From a virus (Duplodnaviria; Caudoviricetes), in the IMG/VR virus record IMGVR_UViG_3300035701_000033, positions 1 through 61,069 of that record: a stretch of 61,069 nt of DNA; one strand, 5' to 3'. This document shows positions 41,073-51,073 of the stretch, piece by piece. Numbering within the stretch: the first letter of the stretch is position 1; each line of letters starts with the position of its first letter. Made by a program: the position numbers and the translations under genes. Under the pieces are notes generated by a model that was given only the letters and a program-made list of their open reading frames with translations, did not search any database and had not been told where the DNA came from.

Positions 41073-41746
41073 TTTATACACCATCTCGGAACTGAGAATC
41101 TGAGATGGTAATGGATCAACAACACGAAGAAAGGAGAAAATCATGGATGTACAAGCGAGTAATACCACTGAGTTTATACCCAATCAGACCAAATTAAGTC
41201 GTCGTAAAAGGAGAGTAGAAAATACATTGGTCGTCTGTCCGCACGAACGGGAATTGTTTACATCGAAGGAATTTAAAAAATACTTAACGACCTAATCAAT
41301 TTAGGATCAACTTTCAAATATGTAAAGGAGCAGATAGAAAAAGCAAACTGTAAATTGCCGTCTGGAAAAAAGGGGGAGCTTAAAATGAGATGCCCTATAT
41401 GTAAAAGTAAATTGTCGGATGATGAATGTCTGAGTTGTGAAAAAGTCAACGATTATAAATGCGAACCTGACAGTTTTACAATTCTACGCAAATTCCATAA
41501 TTATGATTTTGAACTACAGGCCAAGGGGGAAGTATGAAAACAATAGATAAAGCAGTAAAGTTTAAGCTTAGAGAATGTGTGGTAGTGGACACTCCTGATG
41601 ATGAGTCAGACGATCCATATCTAACCGAAAAAGGAGTAGTTATACACAATTTTTTTGGTAGGTATTATACAATAACTTTTTCTGACGGCAATTGTTATTT
41701 CTATGCTGACCATGAATTAAGTAAATGCTAAAAGGGGGAGCTTAAA

Positions 41747-42352
41747 ATGAAACTTGAAGAATTGAAAGAAGTATTACGACTGCACAAACTATGGCTCGAA
41801 GGTAATCCAGAAGGTAAATGCGCAGACTTGTCATATGCGGACTTTTCGGGCGCGGACTTGTCAGACGCGGACTTTTCGGGCGCGATCTTGAGAGGCGCGA
41901 ACTTGACAGGCGCGAACTTGTCGCGGGTGAATTTGACAGGCGCGAACTTGAGAGACGCGATCTTGAGAGACGCGATCTTGTCGCGGGTGAATTTGACAGG
42001 CGCGAACTTGACAGGCGCGAACTTGAGAGACGCGATCTTGTCGCGGGTGAATTTGACAGACGCGAACTTGACAGACGCGAACTTGAGAGACGCGAACTTG
42101 ACAGACGCGAACTTGACACGCGCGGACTTGACAGGCGCGAACTTGACAGGCGCGAACTTGACAGACGCGAACTTGTCATATGCGGACTTGTCATATGCGA
42201 ACTTATCGCACGTGAACTTGTCATATGCGGACTTTTCGGGCGCGATCTTGACAGGCGCGAACTTGACAAACGCGAACTTGACACGCGCGAACTTAGATTA
42301 TGCTGCATGGCCTTTAAGGTGTAGTAGCGTAAATGTAAAAGGGGGAGCTTAA
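41747..42352 (+). CDS. Pentapeptide-repeat protein 2 (C-terminally truncated duplicate of copy 3)
   Basis: Same N-terminal leader; ends at duplication junction. Confidence 0.85.
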   Translation: MKLEELKEVLRLHKLWLEGNPEGKCADLSYADFSGADLSDADFSGAILRGANLTGANLSRVNLTGANLRDAILRDAILSRVNLTGANLTGANLRDAILSRVNLTDANLTDANLRDANLTDANLTRADLTGANLTGANLTDANLSYADLSYANLSHVNLSYADFSGAILTGANLTNANLTRANLDYAAWPLRCSSVNVKGGA

Positions 42353-42353
42353 A

Positions 42354-42956
42354 ATGAAACTTGAAGAATTGAAAGAAGTATTACGACTGCACAAACTATG
42401 GCTCGAAGGTAATCCAGAAGGTAAATGCGCAGACTTGTCATATGCAGACTTGTCATATGCGGACTTTTCGGGCGCGGACTTGGCATATGCGGACTTGGCA
42501 TATGCGGACTTGGCATATGCGGACTTTTCGGGCGCGATCTTGTCAGACGCGGACTTGTCAGACGCGAACTTGTCATATGCGGACTTTTCGGGCGCGAACT
42601 TGACAAACGCGGACTTGACAGGCGCGATCTTGACAGGCGCGATCTTGAGAGACGCGATCTTGACAGGCGCGAACTTGTCATATGCGGACTTTTCGGGCGC
42701 GAACTTGACAAACGCGGACTTGACAGGCGCGGACTTGACAGGCGCGAACTTGTCAGACGCGAACTTAGATTATGCTGCATGGCCTTTAAGGTGTAGTAGC
42801 GTAAATGTAAAAGTGGATAATCAAATAGCAGCGCAATTATTGTTTCATGCGTTCGCAGTTGCAGGAATAAATCCTACGGCTGAACAGATAAAATATATCC
42901 GAGCGTTTAGGCGTTTTGACGAGTGTGGCGGAGCAGATAGACTACTTAAAAAATAA
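42354..42956 (+). CDS. Pentapeptide-repeat protein 3
   Basis: Repeats then LDYAAWPLRC...AAQLLFHA C-terminal cap. Confidence 0.9.
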   Translation: MKLEELKEVLRLHKLWLEGNPEGKCADLSYADLSYADFSGADLAYADLAYADLAYADFSGAILSDADLSDANLSYADFSGANLTNADLTGAILTGAILRDAILTGANLSYADFSGANLTNADLTGADLTGANLSDANLDYAAWPLRCSSVNVKVDNQIAAQLLFHAFAVAGINPTAEQIKYIRAFRRFDECGGADRLLKK

Positions 42957-43296
42957 AGGGATTTAAAATGGAGTCTCATGAGAAATTATGGAGATTGAGA
43001 AAGGAGAAGGTTATGTGGATGGAGAATGTAACATTGGTTTATGAGCAAAGAGCTGAAGCAGAAAAGAAAAAGCTGGCTGTAATGCAAACAGAAATGGCCT
43101 CTGCCATAGATGCACTACATCAGGTCGGTAAGGAACTGCGGGATCATCCCGAAGCGATCGAGCAATGCATCAAGGTCTTACAGGAGGGATAAATGGGGCT
43201 ATTTATTTTTGTGATAATAGTTTGGGCATTATTAAAGTTGATGGAAAAACGGCATAAATAAAAGATCTTTCTTTAAAGAGAGAAAAGGAGCTTAAA

Positions 43297-44001
43297 ATGA
43301 AACCTGAAGAATTGAAAGAAGTATTACGACTGCACAAACTATGGCTCGAAGGTAATCCAGAAGGTAAATGCGCGGACTTTTCGGGCGCGAACTTGACAGA
43401 CGCGAACTTGACAGACGCGAACTTGACAGACGCGAACTTGAGAGACGCGAACTTGACAGACGCGAACTTGACAGACGCGAACTTGAGAGACGCGAACTTG
43501 ACAGGCGCGAACTTGACAGACGCGAACTTGTCATATGCGGACTTGTCATATGCGAACTTATCGCACGTGAACTTCACAGACGCGAACTTGTCGCGGGTGA
43601 ATTTGACAGGCGCGAACTTGACAGGCGCGAACTTGACATGCGCGAACTTGAGAGACGCGAACTTGACAGGCGCGATCTTGAGAGACGCGATCTTGACAGG
43701 CGCGAACTTGAGAGACGCGAACTTGTCGCGGGTGAATTTGACAGACGCGAACTTGTCATATGCGGACTTGTCATATGCGAACTTATCGCACGTGAACTTC
43801 ACAGACGCGAACTTGTCGCGGGTGAATTTGACATGTGCGAACTTGACAGGCGCGAACTTCACAGACGCGAACTTTGCAGGCGCGGACTTGTCATATGCGG
43901 ACTTGACACGCGCGAACTTGTCAGACGCGGACTTGTCAGACGCGAACTTGTCGCGGGTGAATTTGACATGTGCGAACTTGACAGGCGTTATAACTAAATG
44001 A
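43297..44001 (+). CDS. Pentapeptide-repeat protein 4 (repeats only)
   Basis: Leader identical to copy 1, about 40 pentapeptides. Confidence 0.9.
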   Translation: MKPEELKEVLRLHKLWLEGNPEGKCADFSGANLTDANLTDANLTDANLRDANLTDANLTDANLRDANLTGANLTDANLSYADLSYANLSHVNFTDANLSRVNLTGANLTGANLTCANLRDANLTGAILRDAILTGANLRDANLSRVNLTDANLSYADLSYANLSHVNFTDANLSRVNLTCANLTGANFTDANFAGADLSYADLTRANLSDADLSDANLSRVNLTCANLTGVITK

Positions 44002-44102
44002 TACCTCTATTAATATTATTTTCAACCCTATAAATGCGGATAATTCCTAATAGAACTTAGCTTTTTTGCTGTTATATTATTTTAAATAATTAAGGAACTG
44101 TA

Positions 44103-44699
44103 ATGTCCAGCTATGATCCAGATGATTGCATGAATGATGAAGAACGAGATCTTTATGACCAAAAGTACCAACTTAGAAAATATAAGCCAATACAGGTTGA
44201 AGTAGAAGTCCTAGAAGAAAGAATCGTTATACGTCCATGCAGCCGCCGGGTGAGTGTAAAGTTTAGAGAATTTAGGCTATGGGTATTAGGCAAGATAAAA
44301 GAAGGGCGTTCGGTAGCTGATATATACAACCTGATTGAACAGAACCGGAAATTGTACCACGATTATATAGAACACGGTATACCTCCGCCAGAAGGGATAA
44401 CAATTGATGAAATGATATTAAGTTGTGGGAAGTCATATCAGGTAGTTAGATATTGGGTTAGGAAGATAAGTGGTAAAATAGATGTTCCGGTATCCATGAA
44501 TAAGGCTGGTAGTAAGCCAAATCAGTTCGCCCGAGATTATGTAGCAGCATTCGGAGGGGTAAAATCGGCAGAACAGATGCATCAAGAGCTTGGAATATCA
44601 AAAGCCGCTGTTTATAAATATCAGACGTTGGCAGGGATACCGGCAAAAAGAGAGAGACAAAAGAAAGTTGTTGACACTCGGCATTTGGACACTGTATAG
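44103..44699 (+). CDS. HTH-containing hypothetical protein
   Basis: C-terminal SAEQMHQELGISKAAVYKY helix-turn-helix. Confidence 0.55.
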   Translation: MSSYDPDDCMNDEERDLYDQKYQLRKYKPIQVEVEVLEERIVIRPCSRRVSVKFREFRLWVLGKIKEGRSVADIYNLIEQNRKLYHDYIEHGIPPPEGITIDEMILSCGKSYQVVRYWVRKISGKIDVPVSMNKAGSKPNQFARDYVAAFGGVKSAEQMHQELGISKAAVYKYQTLAGIPAKRERQKKVVDTRHLDTV

Positions 44700-44700
44700 T
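44671..44700 (+). promoter_or_regulatory. Sigma70-like promoter
   Basis: TTGACA-18nt-TATAGT. Confidence 0.6.
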
Positions 44701-45439
44701 AAAATTATTAAAACAAACGAGGTAATGAATGAAGACAAGCGAAGTGGTACAGCTTCTAGTAAATGCACTTGAGAACACAATGGTTGAATTGGAGAAACAG
44801 GATATCTGGTGTGGGGAAGTACTAGATAATGACATCCAAGGTGTCCTTATGGTAGGGCGAGCCATAGTAGCAGCAGCGAAGGAGCTTGAAATGGAAGAAC
44901 GCATTTATACAATACCAGAATTAAAAGAACTTGTCAGAGAATTTCTGGCAGAACGAGACAATGCTGCGAAGTCCGCATGGGTTGATACTGATCGGAATTT
45001 TGGCAGACGAGAATTGGATCGATTTTTCCTACAACTTGAAAGAAAGGAGAAGTAAAATGAGAACTTCGCCAAATGATAGAACAAAAAGATCAGCATGTCC
45101 AGACCTTCCAGCACATCTCAGGAGTGTAATTAAAGGGGCAGGGCATAACAACTTCCGGCTGGTCGAAGAAAACCGGCAGACAAACGCAGAATATGCAAGA
45201 GAACATAATTGCACAGCACGTCAGGCATCCAAGCAGCGTAGGGGGTATTAAATGTCGAGCCAAATGGATAATCGTTTGGGACGCATAGCGGTCGCAATAA
45301 TGAATATTATGAAATATACATATCCGCTTGAGCGTGACCGAAGGAAAGCACAAATGGTAATACGGTTGATTAAGGACGATGCACTTAGGGAAAAACTTCA
45401 AGATAAGCTGGATAGAATATAAAGAAAGGGCGATAGCAA

Positions 45440-46534
45440 ATGGAACCGGAAATCCTTAGCGAAAATGAACTACCATCCCCCCGCGAGATAAAAGCGGTAC
45501 TGGATAAATATGTAGTGGGGCAGGATAAAGCTAAGAAGATTCTATCAGTCGCAGTATATAATCATTATAGGCGTATTGATACAATCGCAGACCCGGATGA
45601 AGTTGAGATGCAAAAAAGTAATATCCTCCTTCTTGGCCCAACTGGATCAGGTAAAACTCTTTTGGCCCAGACATTGGCCCAGACACTAAAGGTTCCATTT
45701 GCAATGGCTGATGCAACCTCATTGACTCAAGCAGGATATGTTGGCGAGGATGTAGAAAGTATCCTTACGAAACTATTGGCTTCAGCAGATGGCAATATAG
45801 ACGAAGCCCAGCGCGGGATCGTGTATATCGATGAGATCGACAAGATCGCTCAGCGGGACGTAACATCCACATCAAGGGATGTATCGGGCGAGGGTGTACA
45901 ACAGGCACTGTTAAAGATCATTGAAGGAACAATAGCCAATGTCCCATTGCAGCGAGGTCTGAAATTCGCAGATAAGCAGACTGTCAAAATGGATACCAAG
46001 AATATCCTTTGCATATGTGGTGGGGCCTTTGCCAAGATTGAAGATATTATTCAGCAAAGAATGAACATTAAGCGGATAGGATTTTCTAATATAGTAACTG
46101 CGAAGAATAGTAAAAAAGGTAATGAATTTTTAAGTGAGGTTACACCAAACGACTTGCGTACATTCGGACTTATCCCGGAGTTTATCGGTAGATTGCCTAT
46201 ACTTGCTATCCTGAATGAACTTGAAGAGGCTACACTTGTCCAGATATTGAAAGACCCGAAGAACGCATTGGTTAAACAATATAGCAAATTATTCGCCTTA
46301 TCAAGCGTGGAACTTATTTTCCGGGATGAAGCACTGGAAGCTATAGCCCGGAAAGCAATTAAGTACAATACCGGGGCTAGAGGGCTAAGAGCAATACTAG
46401 AACATACCATGCTGAATATCATGTATGAAATTCCGCAATCCAATATTAGCCAAGTCGTCATAACTGCTGAGGTAATATCAGGAGTTGCCGAACCTCTCAT
46501 TAAGTGTAAAGGAGTAAAGTATGCTCAGGAATAA
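45440..46534 (+). CDS. clpX: ClpX-like AAA+ unfoldase lacking the N-terminal zinc-binding domain
   Basis: [69 protein letters not shown]. Confidence 0.93.
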   Translation: MEPEILSENELPSPREIKAVLDKYVVGQDKAKKILSVAVYNHYRRIDTIADPDEVEMQKSNILLLGPTGSGKTLLAQTLAQTLKVPFAMADATSLTQAGYVGEDVESILTKLLASADGNIDEAQRGIVYIDEIDKIAQRDVTSTSRDVSGEGVQQALLKIIEGTIANVPLQRGLKFADKQTVKMDTKNILCICGGAFAKIEDIIQQRMNIKRIGFSNIVTAKNSKKGNEFLSEVTPNDLRTFGLIPEFIGRLPILAILNELEEATLVQILKDPKNALVKQYSKLFALSSVELIFRDEALEAIARKAIKYNTGARGLRAILEHTMLNIMYEIPQSNISQVVITAEVISGVAEPLIKCKGVKYAQE

Positions 46535-47399
46535 GATCCAAGAATATGCTGATCGCATTTATTAAAACCGATGGAAGAGTAGTAGTGGTATTAATGTCTG
46601 TATTAGGGCTATAGCCTATGCCCACTATCCTAAAAATATGCGCCAATGGGCAGCAGACGAGATACTTCTGGCACTGGTACGGAGACAATATGGACAGGCT
46701 CAGGAATAAATTTGAAGAGCGTCTTAGACGACAGAATCTACGCCCCAACAGTCAAGAGTGGATCATAGAAATACAAGATTATGATTTTCAAAAACGAACA
46801 ATGGAAAGGACAATAAAAAATGAATTGCACAAACTGTAAACATATAATAACATGCAAAAAATGTATGTGGTGTAGATGGGAAGGATCAGACATCTGTGAT
46901 GATTGCAGTTCCAACGACGGCGAATGTCGGTTTCAAGAAGGAGGCGTACAATGAGATGTGAAGACTGTCCAAACTTTGTTGGATGTCGAGCATGTATAAT
47001 ATGTGAACATAGAGTCGAGGCATATTATTCTTCTATTTGTAAAGAATGTATGTCTATGCTTGGGGCTTGTAACTTTAAGGAGCGTAAATTATGAAATGCA
47101 AAGAGTGCGAAAAATATCATCAGCCTTGCTGGCTTTGCATTAATTGCAAACATTTTATGGATAAGAACTGGCAACGCTGTATATCTTGCATGAAAAGTAC
47201 AGATATATGCGTCTGGGAGGAAAAGAAATGAGCGATGACAAGCTTGTTGCTGGAATTCCAGCAAAGTTTCAGAACAAGGCGGAACGGGCAAAGTTTGTAC
47301 TTGATTTTTATGGAGCTTTACTTTGTGAGGGAAATGATTTTGTATCCTCGGGTGAACTTCTGAAGGATCTCAAAGAATTTTATGAGGAACAGCAAATTA

Positions 47400-47951
47400 C
47401 ATTTACTTATGGAGTATTTGATGAAAAAGTACAATAATGAAATGCTGATGTCAACTAGAGAAACAGCACTTAATATGTATAAGGCTCTTCCCGGATCAAA
47501 ATTATATGCCACGGTACATGAGATATGTGCAACACTGGGAATTTCCCGAACTATGCTGTATCTTTGGCTAAAGAGTGCAGGAATCAGTACTGTAAGAAAA
47601 ACTCGGGCGGATAAATTCATCGCTAATCCGGGGCCTGTACAATTGATGGCTGTAGAACGAGGGGTATCATATCCAACTGCTCGGAAATATGTACGGATCA
47701 AATCCAAGATGATTACCCAAGGATTCTTGACATATAAGGATCTCCATGATTATGGGTACACATTTAATAAGATCGCATCTATTCGGGCTGAACTTGGAAT
47801 GTTGGGAATTGAATTGAACATAGAACGGCAATATATTAAGAGCAAGAAAGGAATCTGTATGCTTGATGTATTTGAAATACTTGAAATACTGAGCAATCCT
47901 CGAAAGTTTCTTTTTGTAAATGCAGCAGATATTATAGCGAGGTGGGAATAA
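47400..47951 (+). CDS. HTH-containing hypothetical protein (start uncertain)
   Basis: VHEICATLGISRTMLYLW and GVSYPTARKY HTH-like segments. Confidence 0.5.
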   Translation, partial: HLLMEYLMKKYNNEMLMSTRETALNMYKALPGSKLYATVHEICATLGISRTMLYLWLKSAGISTVRKTRADKFIANPGPVQLMAVERGVSYPTARKYVRIKSKMITQGFLTYKDLHDYGYTFNKIASIRAELGMLGIELNIERQYIKSKKGICMLDVFEILEILSNPRKFLFVNAADIIARWE

Positions 47952-48720
47952 TGATTGGGCGAGAAAAATTAAAGACAAGAAGATTTAGTTTTTTATGTGG
48001 TATAGTCTATGGCATAGGGCTAGTGGCACTTTGGTGTTTACTTGTTCAAGCGTGCATGATATTCTTTCAAACAGTATTAGGGAGGTTATTCCTATGACCT
48101 CAACTGAATTAAAAGTAATGGATGATCTCATTAGTGCAGTCAAGTGTGAACTTCTTGGAATACATTGTACTGCTGATTGGGGCCCGAGGTTTGCCAATAC
48201 TATCCAGCGTTGTGAAGAGCTTATTGTTTCAGAACGGCGACGGCATATTGCAATGAGAGAAAAAGCTAATATCATTGAGATTCCACGAGTTGTTTAAAGG
48301 AGAAAGATATGAATGAGTACGAAAAAATCAGCACTATTTTGCGGGATGAAGCACTGAATAATGGGCGGTTTGCATTGCTGTATTCTCTTGCACTGGTTAT
48401 GGTCAATGGTTTGACCGGAGATTATATTTATACTAGCAATTCATTCGAAGGGCCAAACGCTGACATCTATTTCAGAATGAGTCAGGAGGCAGAGTAATGC
48501 AATCCAATGATATCATGAAAGCATTTTATGTCTCAGTAATGGTTCACGAAAAACAGCCAGAAGCCATATATCTTGGCCGTGATAACTTTGATCGGCTTCG
48601 AGTAGAGGTTAGGCTGGATCTCCGGGAAAAATGGGCAGGGCATACGCGATCTGGCCGCGCTGAGTTCAACGGCCTACCTATTTATATAGTGGACGAAGAT
48701 GAATTTCTCATGGTAATATA

Positions 48721-49800
48721 ATGCGACTCTTAACCATGGACTTTGAAACATTTTATGGAACTGGATACACTCTCAGTTCAATGACGAACGAGGAATATAT
48801 CCGGGACCCAAGATTTGAAATCATCATGTGTAGCTTCAAGATGGATGAGAATCCATGCTTCTGGGTTCCGGGTCCACAGGTCTGGTCGGTACTAGCCAAG
48901 ATACCGTGGCATGAGACTGCGGTGATTAGTCATCATTCACATTTTGACATGGCGATTCTTAACTGGATATATGGATATCGCCCTGCTTTTATTCTCGACA
49001 CGCTCCCGATGTTCCGGGCTCTATTTCCTGCAGAACGCGCATCGTTAAAAAATATGTGCGAGGTTCTGGGAATAGGAGCTAAAGGAACTGAGGTTGAGAA
49101 CGCGAGAGGTAAGCACTACAGGGATTTCTCCCCGCAGGAGTTAGCTCGGTATGGGTCATACTGCGTAAATGACACAGAGAGGACAAGAGAAGCGTTCGAC
49201 ATCATGAAGGTTGGTTATCCTCTTTCCGAGTTACAACTTAACGATATGATTACTCGACTGTTTACAGAACCAATGGTCGAATTAGATCGAGATCTACTTA
49301 TTCTTATGCGGGATGATGAGATCGAAGAGAAGCGTAGACTCATGGAGAAACTGAATGTTGATCGGTCTGTCATATCCTCGAATCCTCAGTTCGCTGCATT
49401 GTTGCTAGAGTGCGGGGTAGACCCGCCGAAGAAGATCAGTCCAGCATGGCGTAAGGCACATCCAGACGAAGACCCCGGTGAGGAACCTGTTGGACTTCTC
49501 CCGGACGGTATGAAGTCATGGGCCTATGCTCTGGCTAAGAACGACGAAGCTGCCAAGGAACTGGCCGCGAGTGAAGACGTGCTGATAAGTGCGCTTATGG
49601 AAGCGCGGTTCGGAATTAAGAGTACTATCAAACAGACACGATCCCAGCGGTTCATAGGCATAGCAGAACGAGGAACCTTCCCCATCTACCTGAAAGCCTA
49701 TGCTGCCCATACCGGACGGCTTGGTGGCGGGGATAAATCGAATGCTCAGAACTTAACCAAGAAGTGTAGTTACTGCGATGGAAATGGAGAGGTGCTATGA
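48721..49800 (+). CDS. polA: DNA polymerase family A, N-terminal part (3'-5' exonuclease and thumb)
   Basis: Exo motifs MDFET, HSHFD, YCVND; HTGRLGGGDKSNAQNL; ends CSYCDGNG. Confidence 0.9.
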   Translation: MRLLTMDFETFYGTGYTLSSMTNEEYIRDPRFEIIMCSFKMDENPCFWVPGPQVWSVLAKIPWHETAVISHHSHFDMAILNWIYGYRPAFILDTLPMFRALFPAERASLKNMCEVLGIGAKGTEVENARGKHYRDFSPQELARYGSYCVNDTERTREAFDIMKVGYPLSELQLNDMITRLFTEPMVELDRDLLILMRDDEIEEKRRLMEKLNVDRSVISSNPQFAALLLECGVDPPKKISPAWRKAHPDEDPGEEPVGLLPDGMKSWAYALAKNDEAAKELAASEDVLISALMEARFGIKSTIKQTRSQRFIGIAERGTFPIYLKAYAAHTGRLGGGDKSNAQNLTKKCSYCDGNGEVL

Positions 49801-50039
49801 AATACAGAGTGATTGAGATTGTAAAAAGATCAACGGTTGCACTTGATCGTTATTTTCAGATTGAACGACGGTATTCGTTTTGGCCATGGTGGTGTGTGAT
49901 GCGCAATGTAATTGGCCCAATAAGTTTTTATTCAAAGGACGCAGCAATCGGGTATATTAACCGTGAGATTCAGAATAAAGAATACGTAGAAGAGCACAAA
50001 AAAACACTGACAGAGACAAGGACTATTCATGAAGTGTGA
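49797..50039 (+). CDS. Hypothetical protein inserted between polymerase halves
   Basis: GGAGAGGTG RBS, ATGA overlap upstream, 11-nt overlap downstream; MKYRV...FQIERR..FWPWW. Confidence 0.7.
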   Translation: MKYRVIEIVKRSTVALDRYFQIERRYSFWPWWCVMRNVIGPISFYSKDAAIGYINREIQNKEYVEEHKKTLTETRTIHEV

Positions 50040-51021
50040 TCGTTGTGACGGTACAGGTATCTCAGCACTCAGACGTGCGATTATGGCACCTCCCGGCCAC
50101 GTCATAGTGGTACGCGACTTGTCGCAGATCGAAGCGCGGGTAAACTTCTGGATAGCTGAACAGCAGAGCATGGTCGATACCTATCGCCGGGGGGAGGATA
50201 CCTATTGTAAGATGGCCTCGACTATATTCGGTCGGCCTATTATAAAGAAAGAACATCCTCGGGAAAGATTTCTTGGAAAAACTACGGTCCTCGGTTGCGG
50301 GTACGGGCTCGGCTGGAAGAAGTTCCAAGGCATGTTACGAATAGGCATGTTGGGTGAGAAGGGTTTGATCCTCGGAGAAGAGATCTCTCAGGCACTGGGC
50401 GTATATCCAGAGCAGTTCCTTGAACGGCATAGAAAATATGTGGACGAGTCAATGCCACCGAACATTCCATATCCTATCCATGCCACGCACTGCGCGAATG
50501 CAGAGAGAATAATCAAGACCTTCCGGGATAACAATCCCATGTTGATTCAGTTCTGGAAGACCTGTCAGGAAGCACTCGGACATATACTGGCCGGGGATTA
50601 TGGCTGGAAGTTCGGGAATGGCGGCATCATCGAAACTTGTGCAGAAGGATTGCGATTGCCTAACGGCATGATAATGCGGTACGTCGAACTGAGGACCAAG
50701 AAAGAAGGAAAATACAATGAGTTCAGTATCCTGCGGGATAGAAAGAAAGGACAAAGGGAGAAGTTGTACGGCGGAAAAGTCGATGAGAATATCGTACAAG
50801 CGTTGGCACGAATCGTTATCACCGACGACATGCTCAGGATGCGCAAAGAGGGGATTCATGTCGTGCATCAAGTGCATGATGAGATCTTGGCTGTTTGTCC
50901 TGAGAATGAGGCTAAAGCTACGTATGAGCAGATGGGATTGGTAATGTCTAAAGCCCCGTCGTGGGCTCCAGACTTGCCCCTCGGATCAGAGGGTGGATGG
51001 GACAGGCGTTATATAAAATAA
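50029..51021 (+). CDS. polA: DNA polymerase family A, C-terminal catalytic part
   Basis: Motif A DLSQIEAR, motif B RFLGKTTVLGCGYG, ENIVQ, motif C VHDE; starts MKCDRCDGTG; AAGGA RBS. Confidence 0.92.
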   Translation: MKCDRCDGTGISALRRAIMAPPGHVIVVRDLSQIEARVNFWIAEQQSMVDTYRRGEDTYCKMASTIFGRPIIKKEHPRERFLGKTTVLGCGYGLGWKKFQGMLRIGMLGEKGLILGEEISQALGVYPEQFLERHRKYVDESMPPNIPYPIHATHCANAERIIKTFRDNNPMLIQFWKTCQEALGHILAGDYGWKFGNGGIIETCAEGLRLPNGMIMRYVELRTKKEGKYNEFSILRDRKKGQREKLYGGKVDENIVQALARIVITDDMLRMRKEGIHVVHQVHDEILAVCPENEAKATYEQMGLVMSKAPSWAPDLPLGSEGGWDRRYIK

Positions 51022-51024
51022 TTG

Positions 51025-51053
51025 TTGACAGCATGGATTAAAAGAAGTAGGGT
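51025..51053 (+). promoter_or_regulatory. Sigma70-like promoter
   Basis: TTGACA-17nt-TAGGGT. Confidence 0.5.
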
Positions 51054-51073
51054 AGTATTTAAAGGGGAAATAA

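Noticed and set aside
40225-43997. Long alternative-frame ORFs (RRELD repeats on plus, SSRLS repeats on minus) over the pentapeptide genes
   Set aside because: Automatic result of a stop-free 15-nt repeat; no RBS or independent evidence
40230-44001. Diversity-generating retroelement or CRISPR array
   Set aside because: No reverse transcriptase, variation is not adenine-specific, and there are no unique spacers between repeats
49797-50039. Group I intron, homing endonuclease or split intein in the polymerase
   Set aside because: Gap is only 228 nt and fully occupied by an ORF with no HNH, GIY-YIG or LAGLIDADG motif; no Hint-domain termini
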